Shown: positions 1 to 14,014, counted from the stretch's first letter. The stretch: DNA of 64,000 nucleotides from the human T2T-CHM13v2.0 reference genome, Homo sapiens (GCF_009914755.1 NC_060935.1), one strand, 5' to 3'. The notes: a model not told the origin generated them from the sequence alone. Numbers and translations: made by a program.

Positions 1-180
1 TTTCCTTTACTTCTCCCCCTGCCTCTCTTCCTTCCTCAGTTCCCTCCTTCCTTCCTTCCCTTCCTTCCCTTCCTTCCTTCCCTCCTTCCTTCCTTCCCTT
101 CCTTCTTTCCTTTCCTTCTCCCCCTGCGTCTCTTCTTTCCTCAATGCCTTCCTTCCTTCCTTCCTTTGTTCCCCTCCACC
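1..180. repeat. Polypyrimidine (CCTT)n/CT-rich simple repeat
   Basis: Almost pure C/T with TTCC runs; a 30 bp motif recurs at 11-40 and 116-145. Confidence 0.9.
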
Positions 181-619
181 TCTTAGGTCTTTACTTAAAT
201 CATTCCCTTTTTGATCTAAGCCCCCTTTGTTGTTAAGGCCCTGCAGTGAGAATAGCTAGCTGCCCTTTTCCTTAAACCACACCCTCAAGTTAGAGTGCTT
301 TTGAGACTTCTCAGGTGTCTCTCTTTTACAGCAGAGCATTGCAAATTCTTCCCCACTCCATGCCTGGTCAACTCCTTCAATTTCTTGCCAGTCTTTCCCC
401 CTGCTCTCAAGCCCAGGGTCCCACAGGCATGGGGGAGCTGGAGTTGCCAAGTGTATCTCCATTTGGCTTCTGTGTGGGCCCACGGATCGGCCATTTGGTC
501 TGGGCCTATTCTGGTTGGTGGCTGGGGCAGTGCTTTGGTTCTCGCCATTCACTGTGGAAAGAGAAGGAGTTGGGTGGTGAGGAACACAGCTCTAATCAGG
601 GCCCATTTCTCCTAACTGC

Positions 620-850
620 TCACAAAGTGCCCAGCACTGCCCTAAGCACTTCATATCCATTTCCCCATTTAATCTCCCCCAAACTCTAACATTGCAATGC
701 TATAATTATTCTATTTCATGGATAAAATGTGGGTTATGGAAAATTAAATCACTTGCCTGAGGTCACACAGCTGGTAAACTGCTAAGCCAGGCCCTTAAGC
801 CTGCATTCAGACCCAGCCTGCTTGACTCCAGTGTCTGGCCTGAAAAGCCA
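620..850 (-). mobile_element. MIR SINE relic
   Basis: Antisense MIR core 'acttgcctgaggtcacacagctggtaa' and 'agcactgccctaagcacttca'. Confidence 0.75.
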
Positions 851-3099
851 CCCAATAGTGCCTTAACAACCACCAGCGGCTTCTATTTCCCCAGGGCTTT
901 ATGGCTGAAAATGTCTCACACACACTGACTTATGTGATTCCTGTGCAACAAGGTTAATAAGGAAGATATGGGACAACTAGTGTTCCCATTTTAGAGATGT
1001 GTGGACAGTCAGAGGTCAAAGTCCCTACTCAGAGTCATATAGTAAACGGTGTTAAAGCAGGTATTCTGACCAAAAATCTATTTTCTTCTCCACACAACGT
1101 TGGGTATGAACAAAGGGAACTGTCTTTGGAACGATGTGCACACACCCGTATGCAAACTTTTCAGACCTGATGCTAGTGCGTGGGGCTGAGGGAGGGTAGG
1201 AAGGCTGGCCCAGCTGAGGGAATGTCTACCACTGTCCTGATACAAAATTTACCACAAGCATTGAGAGACATCGAGAGAGAAGGCTTCTGGCTTTTCTTGC
1301 TGTTTTTGTTTATTTGTTTCTCCTTTTAAAAATCTTTTTTATGAGGCTGCCATAAAAACACTCATTAGGCAGTGTTGATTTTCATTAATGTTGATTCTCC
1401 AAGAGCTTAATCAATCTTCTGTGACCAATGACCTCATTCCCCTGGGAGAAGAAAGCTGTTTAACGAATTAGCTTTACAGGTTGTAGGTAAGGCATTCAGA
1501 TGTGAGGTAGCCCGTGTCGCCAAAACAGGATGTGGATCAGTGGTTTAATATGCACAAAAACAATAGCATTAAACAGTCTCCTTGCTGATTCCAAAACGCA
1601 TCATTAGGAAGCAGCTGTCCTCCTTCCCCTGTTGCACCTGCATCCCTCCTCACTCTCCTTCCTCGTGCTCACTTTTACCTCTGTGAAGTCTGAGCTTGGA
1701 AAGCACCTAGAGGCAGCAGCACATCTGAAGTTGGTAGGAGGAAACAAATCACAGATGCACGAGGGATGCGGGAGGGGAGACGAGCACAGCTATGAGTGTG
1801 GATGGGAGCCTAGCAACTGCTCTAGGAGCTCTCATTATTCCAAGGCAACTAGAAGAACTTCCTTCCAGACAGTATCCTCGCCCAGGTGTTCCTCGCCAAA
1901 AGTTCCATTGTTTATAGGGGCTACGTGCTTTGGGTTAAATTATCATGTCCTCTCCAGGTGGCCTTTTCAAAGGCAGATATTTGGTGGCTAGGTAGCCCAG
2001 TCAGTCTGGAAGAAGCCCTAGAGGTCCGAATGAAAGGGAGTCATGGACCTTGGGACAAAGGCTGGGCAAAAACAGCATTTCCCTACATCTCAGTTTGGCT
2101 CATGGCTGTGTCTGGTGGCAGCAACTCCCCGCCACAGGCCATGAGGTGTCTGCAGTTGGTGCTGACCGGCTGGTTTTCGCTGTGCTGAACAGCTGAAAGG
2201 GGTCATGGGTCCTTCCTCCACCAGACCCTAGGGGCCTGGAGCCCGGCAGCTCAGGGAGCCAACTATGCTTGGGCACTAGCGCTTTCACTTCCAGAGCTCC
2301 TTCCCAGTGAGCAGCTGGTTTTATTTTCTTAACATTCCTGTGGGACAAGCAAGGACAAGAAGGGACAGAGTTATTGTTCTTAAGTGCTGAAGAAGAAGGG
2401 GCTCAGAGACATAATAATCTGACCATGCCTCCACAGTGGCAGAGGCAGGAGCCTGGAAGCACATCTCTTCTGAGGGGAGAAGGCAAGGTGAGTGAAGCTC
2501 TTTCTTCGGGAGACTGGCTGGTGGGGTGGGGTGAGACATCCTGCTGGCTCTAAGTGCCCTTCCCTTTCTGGCTTCTGACCTTGTCCCCTTGGACTTGGGC
2601 ACTGAGCTTGCTGCCCAGCTGAGGTTCAGATGAGTGGCACGTCTGTGTGCCCCTTTAGGGTCTCTCAGAACAGGACAAATGTATGCCCTGCTTTCCACCT
2701 GAGGCTGGCCTTTGAAATGCCCTAGCCTTTCTTCTAGCCTCACATCTCCTAGAGATGTGGGGAGGGGCACCTGGAGATGCTTGGAGCCCCATCCATGCAA
2801 CTCTCCTCCTTGCCTCAGCCATGTCCCTGGATGGCCTGGCTTATACAATCAGGAGCCTCCTCCCTCAGCCTCCTGCTCAGCAGCCTGCAGTGCAGTCACA
2901 TGTCCAAAATCAGGCCACTGTTGTCAGCTCTGCAGCCACACGCCACTGTGTGTCAGCCCCAGCCTGGCTGCAGAATCCTGCAGAATGGGTTGCAGTCCTG
3001 GGGTGAGAGAGATCACAGACACAGGTCCCTGTAAATTCACTCTGGTGGTGCAGGAAGCTGGTGAGACCACCAACTTTCTGTTGGCCTCTTTTCACTTAG

Positions 3100-3220
3100 T
3101 TAAACTGATCAAATACATTTTGAGTACCTACTACATACAAAGTCCATTAATAGGCCCCGGGGATGGGGGCAGACCAACAAGAGTAAGACAGTCCCTCACC
3201 GCAGTGAGCTTTCTTGTTCC
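3100..3220 (-). mobile_element. L2 3' end relic
   Basis: 'catttgagtacctacta...taagacagtccctc...gagct'-like match to the antisense L2 tail. Confidence 0.55.
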
Positions 3221-3494
3221 GCGTGGAGGCCCTTTTGCCTGTGGCTTTTATGGATCTAGGGCATTTGATAGCCTCTGTGTTTCCTGAAGTGGTAGCCCTC
3301 CCATTAGTTCTGTGTCTCCCATCCTTTACTCTTAGTGTACTAGCTATTCAATAGGATCCACCACTGTGCCCAGTGCTGAGTTGGTCCTTAATAATAATTG
3401 ATGAGCGACAGATAAATGGACCTCTCTGGTAGAGCCACAAATATACCCCTGTGTAGCTCCTGGGAAGAGGATCCCTATTGCTCATCTGCTGCCA

Positions 3495-3695
3495 TGTCTT
3501 GAGCGCCTACTGCGTGTGAAGCATGTGCTAAATGGTGTGGATAGGCCATCTCTAACCTTCACAACAGTGCTATCCCCAGTTACAGATGAGGAAGGGAAAA
3601 TGCAGAAAGTTAACTCATTGGTGTAGGATTATAATCAGAAACAGCCCAGTTCAGGATTCAAGCTCATACTTTCAGACTCCAGAGCCATGGTCTGT
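3495..3695 (-). mobile_element. MIR SINE relic
   Basis: 'gagcgcctact...tatccccagttacagatgaggaa...gactccagagcc'. Confidence 0.7.
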
Positions 3696-4398
3696 CCCCC
3701 ACTGGTTGTGACCAGGCCTAAACAATAGGTAGGATGAGTTTCTACCTATTGGTTATTATATAAGAAAAGTCAAGCAGGGAAGGTGAAGTCACAGCCCAAC
3801 TGCCCACTGGAACAGTGACATCTTGATCACTGTTTCAGATCACTACCCAGGAAAAGCTGTAACTCATGGGATAAATCAGGCTCCAATCTTCCCCTGAGGC
3901 TCTGGGAAGCCTTAAGCCAAGGACTTGCACTTACCGTCTAGGGGATCAAGGGTGCAAGATAGTGTAGAAAACAGCCTTGCAGGCTGTCTCCTCAGACTGG
4001 ACTGAAACTGGCATTCAAATACTTCCCAAAGATTGCAGAACTGCTCCCCAAGAGCAATGACTTTCAGCTGCAGCCATCCCTTGGGCTGGAAGTGAGGCAG
4101 TGACTTCAAGGTGAAAGTCTCCATATCCCATTACCAATCCAATTACCTGGCACTTGCAGGTTAGATGGGAACTGCCAGACCGGAACCCAGCCATGGATCA
4201 TTTAGACCTGTGTCTTGTCTCTGACAGTACTCAGGGCCGAGCGTCTCACTCAGGTGCTTCTTATTGTCAACCTGCCGACACACCAGCACACTTTCCCTTA
4301 AATGAGGGAATAGAGCTGGTAATGGGGATGATGAGCAGCAAGAAACCCACTCTATTACCAATGCTCCCACCCAGCCCCAGCCCCAGCCTGTATCCCTG

Positions 4399-4990
4399 GA
4401 TTCATTAGTTCATTGAACAAATATTTACTGAGCAGCTACTATACACTAGGCAGTACTAGGCAGAGGATATGGTGATGAGCAAAGTCTCTGATCTCCTGGA
4501 CTTCCATTGTAGTGGGAGAGTGCAGGCAATTGCACAGATGGTCATGCATCATGACATTCGTTATCAACACAGTGTGATAAAGGGGGCAGACAGTGATGAA
4601 GAGTTGGTGATTTGTATACTGGGTGGTCAGGGAAGTCTCTCGGACAAGGTGACATTTCAGCAGAGGCTTGAAGGCATTGTAGGAGAAAGACATGACTATC
4701 TGAAGATATGTGGGGGACACCTGTCTTTGTCTTTTATATTGGGGGTTGATGCTGGAAGCAGAAATGTAAGCAGGCACAAAATAGAAATACATTTGCAGTG
4801 AACGAGGAATAGTGGAAGAGCAACGTGGCTGGTGTGGCTGGATAGGAATGAGTGAAGGGAGAGGTGGAGGTGACTTCAGAGAGGTTTGGGCCCTGGAGGA
4901 CTTACGGACCATTGTTTGGCCATGGCTTTTACTCTGAGGGATGCAGGAAGTCACTTGAAGTGTTTTGAGCAGTGTAGAACACCGTAACTA
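4399..4990 (-). mobile_element. L2 (L2a-like) 3' portion
   Basis: Starts with antisense tail 'ttcattgaacaaatatttactgagc'; contains 'ggtggtcagggaagtctct...ggtgacattt' and 'ggcttttactctgaggg...ttttgagcag'. Confidence 0.8.
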
Positions 4991-5984
4991 AGCATTCATT
5001 AAACATGCCTTCAGATAAATATTTGTTGAATGAATACATGAAATACTTGTTGGATGACTGAAAGAACAAATAGCACTGAGTCACATGAGTAAGTACACAG
5101 AGATTTCGAGAATAACACATCTGTCCATATTTGCTCAGAAGAGAGCAAAGTCTTCTCACTGAAAGAGGGATTAACTATCGGCCGCAACCCAAATGGAGGG
5201 TAGATGGTGGTAGAGGAAGAAAGGTGAGGGTAGACAGAGCACACAACAGATAGCCTGCAGCCCAGTATCCTTTGAGGACTGGGGTCTGGAGAGAAGGTGA
5301 GCACCACAGGGATTCTTAAGTTTTGACATGAAATCACAGACCCTCTAGACGAGGCCACTTCTTTTGGAGACGCAGGATAGGTGCCCTGTGCTGGGTGTGG
5401 TTTGAGATGCTCTTTTTGTTTTCACCCCAAATATCTACCTGCCCCCTGTCTCAGTGCTTGGAATGCCACATCATAGTGCCATGCTTTTCTTGAGCCTCAG
5501 AGTCATTTTTTTTCTTCGAGAGTATCTTCTCAAACAGAATGGGAGGATAAATCCCTTCTGTGTTCTTCCCCTCTTTTCAGCAAAGGTTCTCTTCAAATGT
5601 TACTTTTAAAAGATGCCTTTCTTTAGTCTTCTCCTTGACTCCCTTTCTTACAAAATGAACAGCTGCCTTCTTCCCTCTATCTGCATCCATAGTTCTACAA
5701 AGGACCCTGGGCCACTGTCCTGAGATCAACAGTTTGCATTCCTCTCTCCCTTCCAGACCAGAAGTTTTTTGATGCCAAGAAGCATACAATATCCTCTTTG
5801 TCTTCAGCACCCAGCACAGTGCCTGCAAAGTGTTTGTTTTTCTTTTCCTTCTCTCTTTTTTAATCTTTTCTTCCGTTTTTTATTGTTTTCTTGCTTTTGT
5901 TTTTTAATCAACCAGAATGAAAGTTTTTAAGAGCATGTTTTTCAATCTCAGGAACAGTCTGGGGGGAACAATTAATACAACAAA

Positions 5985-6130
5985 AGAGAATGGAGCTTGA
6001 ATAGAGAATCCAAATCTTAGCCTTAGTTTCTTCATCAATCAAGTGGGAACCCTGATACCCACTTCCTTGATTTAGTGTGAGAAATGAATCATATGACTAT
6101 TGAAACTGTTCTGCAAGTTATAAAGTATCT
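5985..6130 (+). mobile_element. MIR relic
   Basis: 'ccttagtttcttcatc...gatacccacttc...gtgaga' core. Confidence 0.55.
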
Positions 6131-7455
6131 TTGTGAAATTTTAGACACATTTTTGACAAAAAAAAAAAAAAAATAGCTGTCTTAAAACAGGTGCAACCAG
6201 GCCCAGGAGCCTGGCTTGAGATTCTTGTTGCTGTGTTGGCACCTCACACATAAGGTGAATGAGGACTAAGTGTGAATGCAGGAAGCTGCTAAGTCACCTA
6301 GGCTGCCAACAAGCTGGGATGTAAGTTTGGGATGCACAAGTCCGTGGGCATATCAGATACATACAAGATTCTTACTGAGTCGTGAGCCTCTCAAGTGACT
6401 GAATTTTTTTTACAGCTTTGGTTTTTATTATATAGGTAGTGCGTGATCATCACCAAACAGTTAGAAAATACAGGCAATGCTTCTGGATATAAAAATCAGC
6501 TCTATTCTACCACCTGTTGATGTTTCAGTGGTTCTCCTCCTGAGCCCTTTTTCTACAATACAGGCCTTTTAGAGGCCCTACTTGCAGGGGTACCTGCAAA
6601 AGCCAGGCAAGAGGGTTGGGAGTAGGGGTGGACTATGGGCACATGCTCAGGTATGGACAGGCAATGATGTGGCTGCCTACAGCCTGACTCTGACCCCACA
6701 CTCCCACTTCCTTCGGCCTTGTCAGCACAGTAGGGGCCCAGGCTGGCCATCTATCTTGTGGGATCGAGCTGCCAGAACAACCATCCATGTTATATTCTAT
6801 TGTCTAACAGCTGGATGCCTCTGAACTCGCATTTCCCTTCTCTTCGTCTCCTTTCCCAGACTTTCTGGTGCTGTCTTTGCCTGCCGTAGGAGGTCCCAGA
6901 CATGGCACCTTGCCTACACATCTGACATTGCTCCATCTCAGTCTCAGAACATAAGTATCTGCCTTCTCTGGAGACTTCACAGGCTTGACTAATTTACCTA
7001 CTAGAATGTTACTACTTAATTGACTGAACCTACAAAAAACAAACCCATACTGATCAATAGAGAAATAATTTTGCAAATTGTGGGCATAAATCTTTAGCGA
7101 TCTGTGTGCATTGCCATTTGTTAAAATACTGAAAAGGTAAATCAATTTTCTTTATTAAAACACAATTGCTTCATCTATTGCTAGTTTAGGCAGAAGCCAG
7201 GAGGCAGGGTATGGGGAGGTGTGAGGGAGGAGGTTTTGGAAGGCTTTTTTGCGCTTCACTTAGGGGTCACTTGTTAGTCTGAAAAAAGGGTCAAGTGTTG
7301 GGGAGGAGATGAAAGCTTTCAGGCTGGCAAATGCCTTAGTGTTAGAAGAAGACACAGTCACGGGCTGGTGTGACATGTGGGGAGGCCGGGATTGAGATCG
7401 TGGAAGAGGAGTTAACGGAACAGCAAGAAACCTCTTATCGTCATCATTCCAGAGC

Positions 7456-7790
7456 ACATCAGCCAGGATAAGTCAGATGAAAGCTGCGGCAACAGACTCA
7501 AAACTACAGTGGCTTTGTCACCAAGGTGTATTTTTTGCTTACACTACACAGGCATTGCTCGTCAGTGGGGGATGAGGCTGCTGGAGGAGCCACAGCCTCA
7601 AAGTTGGCTACTCAACATGCCAGACATAGAGAGAGGAGAGTAGAGGCATGCCTTGACTCCTGGAGCTACCACTTGGAAGTGGAATCCCTGTCTTCTGTTC
7701 TCACTTCAGTGGCCAAGGAAGAGGGCATGAGGATGCACAGTCCTATCACACGCCCTGATGGCAGAGAGGCAGAGTGCTCGCCTCTGCTGA
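7456..7790 (-). mobile_element. Old MaLR LTR (MLT1I/J/K-like)
   Basis: 'caggataagtcagatgaaagctgcggcaaca...cagtggctt...ctcacttcagtggccaag' resembles antisense old MLT1; boundaries approximate. Confidence 0.5.
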
Positions 7791-9079
7791 TGACCACCAG
7801 ACATTGTAAATGGGGACCTCTATTTTATGGTATCTTACACTGTGAGATGATGTTATGTCACCACATCTGTGAGCACAGGGTGCACACTATTTCTGATTCA
7901 TCTTTGCAGCTGACACATAGCATGAAATAAAAAATGTTTGCTTTACAGACTAAGTTAATTAATTGGTGGACAATAAAGGAGGGAAGCCACAGGACTTTGT
8001 ACAATGACATGATGAGGGAACTGCACAGTTGCACCCGTGGAAGCATCTTATGATCTGGCATGGGTGACACTGTTTTTTGTTTTTTTTTTTTCAGCCTTTT
8101 ATTGTGCTCACCACTGGGCTAAGGTGTTTGAGTGCATTATCTCATTTAATTTTTTCAATAACCCTCCCATCATGTATTTTCAATTTAGAAACTCATTCCC
8201 CTCCACAATAAAGATCATCATAAATTTTGGAGATGACAGGGCCCTCCCAACTCCTATCAACATCATATCATGATAAAGTCAAAAGGACCAGACACTGTTG
8301 GTAGCCTTGGAAGAGTCACTAGCATTTTCTGGGCCTTAGTTTTCTAATTAGTTAAAAAAAAATTGGATAAACTATCCTCTAAGATCCTTTCAAACTTTCT
8401 TGCTCCACAGACTTTTGATGACTTGCCTCCAGCGGTTTGCTTGGTTAACTGGAGAGCTAAACAGGGGGCTCTCCTGGTGTCAGTGTGCACAGTAAGTTAC
8501 CACTGAGCCCATGTGAGGAAGAGTACAACTCAGAGAAGCCAAGTTTTAAATCCACAGTGTCACTAGATACAATATTGTTCAGCTGAAGGCTTTCCAGTAC
8601 TAACAAACTATCATGAATGTTGAATTTCAAGAGGCCATGTATGTCTCCTATGTGACAGAGAATGTGTTCAGGAAGTGTCTGAGGACGGAGGTTTCAGAGA
8701 CAGTGTCAAGATATATTTCATTCAACTTCGTGGCCATAGGCCATATTTGGATGTTTGCACCCCATACTCCCCTTAAAGGATCTCGAAACTATGAGAAAAT
8801 GAGGTTTGGCCCTGGCTACTCTGCTGCTAACTGCTCTGCTTGAAAAAGATACTGAGCCAAGTGATGAAAGTCCCTTTGGCCATACCTGGGAAGGACAGGG
8901 TCTTAGGCCATGTCCTCTTTGGATTTAATACAACAGAATGACAGGGCCAAGCATTTAGTGAACTGAGGTGGACACAGAAATCCAAGGCATTGTGGTAGAG
9001 CAGGCATGGGAAGCTGTGCTTGTTCATCCATTAAAATGTCCCAGACACCCTCAAAGTCTCTTAGACAAGCATGAGGAGA

Positions 9080-9280
9080 CTTATAATTGTTGAATATTCG
9101 CTATGTGCCAGAAACTATTGTTAGCACTTCACAAGCATTATTTAATTCAATCCTCTTCATATCAACACCGTGCAGAAGAGGAAACTGAGGTACAGAGAGT
9201 TTATTTAAGGAAATTACCAAGGACCCACAGGCAATAAAAGCCAGAATTTGTAGCAAGGTGGTAAATTCCCACTCTCAGCT
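9080..9280 (-). mobile_element. MIR relic
   Basis: 'ctatgtgccagaaactattgttagcacttc...gaggaaactgaggtacagagag'. Confidence 0.75.
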
Positions 9281-10286
9281 GACATGTTTTGCAATCTCAG
9301 TGGGTCCAGGCCATTTAAAATGCCACATGGGATTGTGTCTTGCTTATATAAGAGTATCAAAATAGCACACAGAAACCATGTGGAGGTGATTTTCTAACCC
9401 TCAAGCTCTGGGTTGTCTGCTGTAGCTATTTCTCAGGTCTCTTCCCTGAGGTCCTGGCAAGCAGGAACAGTGTCTCCATCATTCCTGTTTTCCTAGCACT
9501 TAGCACCCGCTACATGGCAGGTGCCCATTAACTATTTGCTAAAGAAGAAATGTGGCTAGAGCTGTTCTCTACATTTTACAAAGGATTTGAAAAGTCTGGG
9601 ACTAGGCTCTTGGATAATACAAAGGATGGTTAATGAAAACCCAAATATATGAGGGGTTGGGAGTGAAATGTGGTCTGATTTTTAAATTTAATCTAGTGAA
9701 AAGGAGGCTGGGGAGATATAGGAATGGTTTGTACCTTGAGGTTTTTGTAATTCTGAACCCATTTATCAAATATCTTTTAGGCACCCACTACCTGTCCAGC
9801 ATGGTCCTAGGTGCAGTGAACAAAAGGCTAAGGCAGCCCCTCAGGAGCTCAGGTGCTATCTCCACCTCCACCCACCTTGCACAGACACAGTGGAAGCTTC
9901 AGGGGCTGTGGCTTTTTTCGTTCCCTGGAGTGCAGTGAACAATGGGAAGCAGCCCCAGGACCTGCAGCTCCTCAAGATCCTTAAAAACAGAAGACTTCTT
10001 AATGTAGGAGTCCTGCCCAGAGAGGAGAGAAATCAGTTCATGTCTGTCAGAGGGAAACAGCTAATGAAATCACAGTGGTGATTTTTAAAATTTTCATTGC
10101 TTTTTCAGTAGTTGTTAGTGAAACTCCAGGTTCTGTGGGGCTGCTAGAGCCTGGAGAGGAAAGAGTGTGGAAAGGGGAAGGCTCAGAGGGAGGGCTGAGA
10201 TTTCCATCAGAAGAAGCTTGTATTGTTCTATTATTTATTTATTGGGTCCACAGATGATTTTTTCTTGTTAAAAAAAAAAAAGCACC

Positions 10287-10639
10287 TGTATTAGATCATT
10301 CTAATGCTGCTAATAAAGATACTCGAGACTGAGAAATGTATAAAGGAAAGAGGTTTAATGGACTCACAGTTCCACATGGCTTGGGAGGCCTCACAATCAT
10401 GGCGGAAGACGAGGGAAGAACAAGGGATGTCGTACATGGTAGCAGGCAAGAGAACTTGTGCAGGGGAACTCCCATTTATAAAACTATCAGATCTCATGAG
10501 ACTTATTCACTACCTTGAGAACAGTATGGGGGAAACCACTCCCATGATTCAATTATCCCCACTTGGCCCCACGCTTGACACATGGGGATTATTACAATTC
10601 CAGGCGAGAATTGGGTGGGGACATAGCCAAACCATATCA
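10287..10639 (-). mobile_element. THE1 (THE1C-like) MaLR solo LTR
   Basis: tgtattag...ccaaaccatatca termini; perfect 5 bp TSD GCACC at 10282-10286 and 10640-10644. Confidence 0.95.
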
Positions 10640-11063
10640 GCACCCTACTTCTTCAAACAACAAGCAGGCACAAATGGTTTAAAAGGTCCGGGTTTAGGAT
10701 TTCGCCTTGTGTGGTCCTTCCCCTCATCAGCACTCGTGTGAGAAATGGAGGACAGGAAACTTCCTTCCTCAGAGATGAGGGGAGGGTGGCTGCAAGGGGA
10801 ATTCGGCTGCTGTATCAATTTCCTGAAACGAAACATTCACTGATGCAAATGTGCAGGCACCAGCCTCTGAGCTGAAAAGAAGGCATTGGACTTTTCTGAC
10901 AAATAAAACTAGAACCACAATAGGCAAAGCTTCAGGGAAGGAGGATAATCACCGTTTTCTTGAAGACAGTGGATCTAGAGTGAAGGGAAGTGGGTACCCG
11001 GAAGCACTGTTGGCATGAGATGGCTGCTTAGGGGTGGAAGAGGAGGCTAGCAGGGATGGGATT

Positions 11064-11410
11064 TCCCTTAGTCCATTTAAGTTGCTCTAAAAATACCCTA
11101 AACTAGGGGACTAATAAACAACAGAAATTTATTTCTCACACTTCTAGAGGCTGGGAAGTCCGAGATCAAAGCACTATATTCAGTGTCTGGTGAGGGCTAC
11201 TTCCTGGTTCACAGATGTCATCCTCACATCATGGAAGGGATGAGGGGTCTCCCTGGGGCATCTTTTATAAGGATACTAATCCCATTTGTGAGAGCTCTAC
11301 CCTCATGACTTAATCATATCCCAAAGCCCCTACCTCCTAATAGCATCACCATGGAGGTGAGAATTTCAGCATATACATTTTGGGGAGACATAAGCATTCA
11401 GACCATAGCA
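11064..11410 (-). mobile_element. MLT1A-family MaLR solo LTR
   Basis: 'aacaacagaaatttatttctcaca...ttttataaggatactaatccc...cattcagaccatagca'. Confidence 0.9.
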
Positions 11411-11512
11411 GGGTCCACCCATCTTTTTAGGTTCTATATTTCTAGACTAATGAAGAGACAGAGAAAACGTGGTGGAATATAGTAGGCTGCAAGGCAGAGA
11501 ACTTTGGGTTCA

Positions 11513-11845
<333 letters not shown>

Positions 11846-13059
11846 CTAGTTCTGCTATTTAATACCCAAGAGGATGCTGGCATTTTAGAGCTTCCCTGCA
11901 GGTCTTTTCTCCACTTAGAAGCTGGGATGCCACGTGGGTATTAACTGATACCATAGGTAAACACATCTGACACAGGCTCAGCACACTGTAGTTGGAATCA
12001 TTTTAAAACAAACTCTTGTAAAGTCCTTCTTAGAGAGACAGATCCTTTCTAAGGGGAAGATATAATACACGACAGGTAGAACTTGTGTGCAGAGCAGGCG
12101 GTCCATGCCCAGTGTATTGAGAAGGTGGGCAGAAAATCTCCTGGAAAAGCATGCATGGGTAAGTGTGATTTTGTGAGGCGCACAGGGGAGTTACGTGGGA
12201 GTTATGAAGGAACGGAGGCGGGAGGGGGAGGACCATGCTTCATGGTAATAGAGGGCCCAGTACCAGGCATTATGAGAAACCACCTCTCCATCCATCAGTC
12301 TGTCTTATCACGCCAGCGGGAGGGCAAACTTGGAATCTGAGAGGGGCAGGCTCTGGCTTGGCCGTGAATGATGGGCCAGGATTCTGCAGGCATTTTCTAG
12401 GGGTGGCAGGAGAGAAGTGATGGAGGATTCTGGGAGAGCTGGTGGTTCTAACTGACAAGATAATGGAGTGAGTAGTGGAAGAAAAAAATAAAGGAGAAGA
12501 AGGAAGAAATCCATGATAAATCCACCTTTCACGGACAGTGGAGAAAGATAAACTCTCTTTCTAACCGTTAAAGATGGCTTTTCCTTCTTTCCGTTTTTCA
12601 AGTTCATTGGAAGTGACACTAAGTTGGTGCTTTGCTTCCCACTTTGCCCCCTTTACTGCAGACTTTCTGATCTTTCCTATGGGGGTCCCCCTCAAGGTCT
12701 TTTTTATGTCCATGTTCACATGTGTGGGAAATTACGGTGTAGAACAGCTCATGCTGGTTACAATCTGAAGTTAGTGCAGGGAAGGACTAATTGGTTCTTC
12801 CAAGGACCAGCTCAGCCCTTATGCCTGGTGTACTCCTTCTGAAATGCCAGCCCAGCGTTTATGCAAATCACTAGTCTGTCTCTCTTACTCTCTCCCTTGT
12901 ACTTTTAATGTCTTCATTATTTTTCTGTAAGTGTTTACAATTCAACTTCCACTGTAACAGTGAGTTTACATTTGTACTATTTGCTTTACATGCCATGAAG
13001 GTATGAATTATCTACATTGTATTGGTGAGAAACCTAAGGTTCAGAGTATTTAGTTAGGA

Positions 13060-13455
13060 TTAAAGTCAGCTTGCAAGTAACATTTATTTATCTCTCATTT
13101 TAAATAAAGTTTTGAAGCACACAGTGCAGGGGTAGTTTGATGGCCTCATGAAACTACTGTTAGATATTCAGGCTCCACCTTCCCTAGATGTGGCCCCCAT
13201 CCAAACAGTTCCACAAGGGCAGCTAGATATAACTGCAGCTACTGTATACAAATTTCAAGTAGCAGCTAGAAGAACCAAATCAAGAAAGGGCAAAATCTTA
13301 CACAGCTGTCACTTTGACCTCACCAGCTGGAACCTGGTCATGTGGCCAGTTTAAAGGGGACTAGAACATATTCTCTTTATTCCAAATGATCATGTTCAAG
13401 CTAAAAACAGGGGTTTTATTACTAAGAAAGAAGTGGACAGCAAATCTTGGTGGGC
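13060..13455 (-). mobile_element. MLT1J-like LTR relic
   Basis: 'ggtcatgtggcca...agctaaaaacaggggttttattactaagaaagaag' resembles antisense MLT1J. Confidence 0.55.
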
Positions 13456-14014
13456 TCACATGTGTCTTGCCAGGGTCATAGACCAGCAAGGGAAAGAACC
13501 TAAACCTAGTTCTTTGATTTAAGGCCCCACCTTCTGTCCATGACATGAGAGTGTCCTGAGGGGAACAGGCTGGGCACTGCAGAACCATAACTGAAAGGTG
13601 AGATATGGTTTCTGCCCTGAAAGACTGCAATCTTTGATAAATTTATAAAATATATAATAACTGTTAAACAGTGTTTAAGTATCAAGGGAAGGAACCTGTA
13701 TAGTAAATGCATTGGGAGATCAAATTAAAGAAGTATTTCCATGTGGGCTGGAACTGCCAAGGAAGGTTCCATGAGTGAGGGTTTGAAGTCAATTTTGAGG
13801 GCTTTCTTGCTTCATATACAGAGGGAATGGATTCTTTGACTGGGAGCTTGTTAAAGAGGCTGGTTTCTTATCTTTGGAGAATAACATGACTGTCAAATCA
13901 GAGCACTTCTACTGATGTCTGAGCTAAAATAAAATAAAATAAGCCTTTCCTTCTGCACAAATATACTCTGAAACCTCTTAACTGCAATAATAATATCTAT
14001 CCACAAACATCTCT

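Noticed and set aside
2321-3287. Long ORFs (175 aa, 191 aa) as genes
   Set aside because: Overlapping ORFs on both strands with low-complexity Ser/Pro/Cys composition and no recognisable domain; the 191 aa ORF runs into an L2 relic.
3723-3751. 10 bp stem hairpin caataggtag...ctacctattg
   Set aside because: A single short inverted repeat is plausible by chance in 64 kb.
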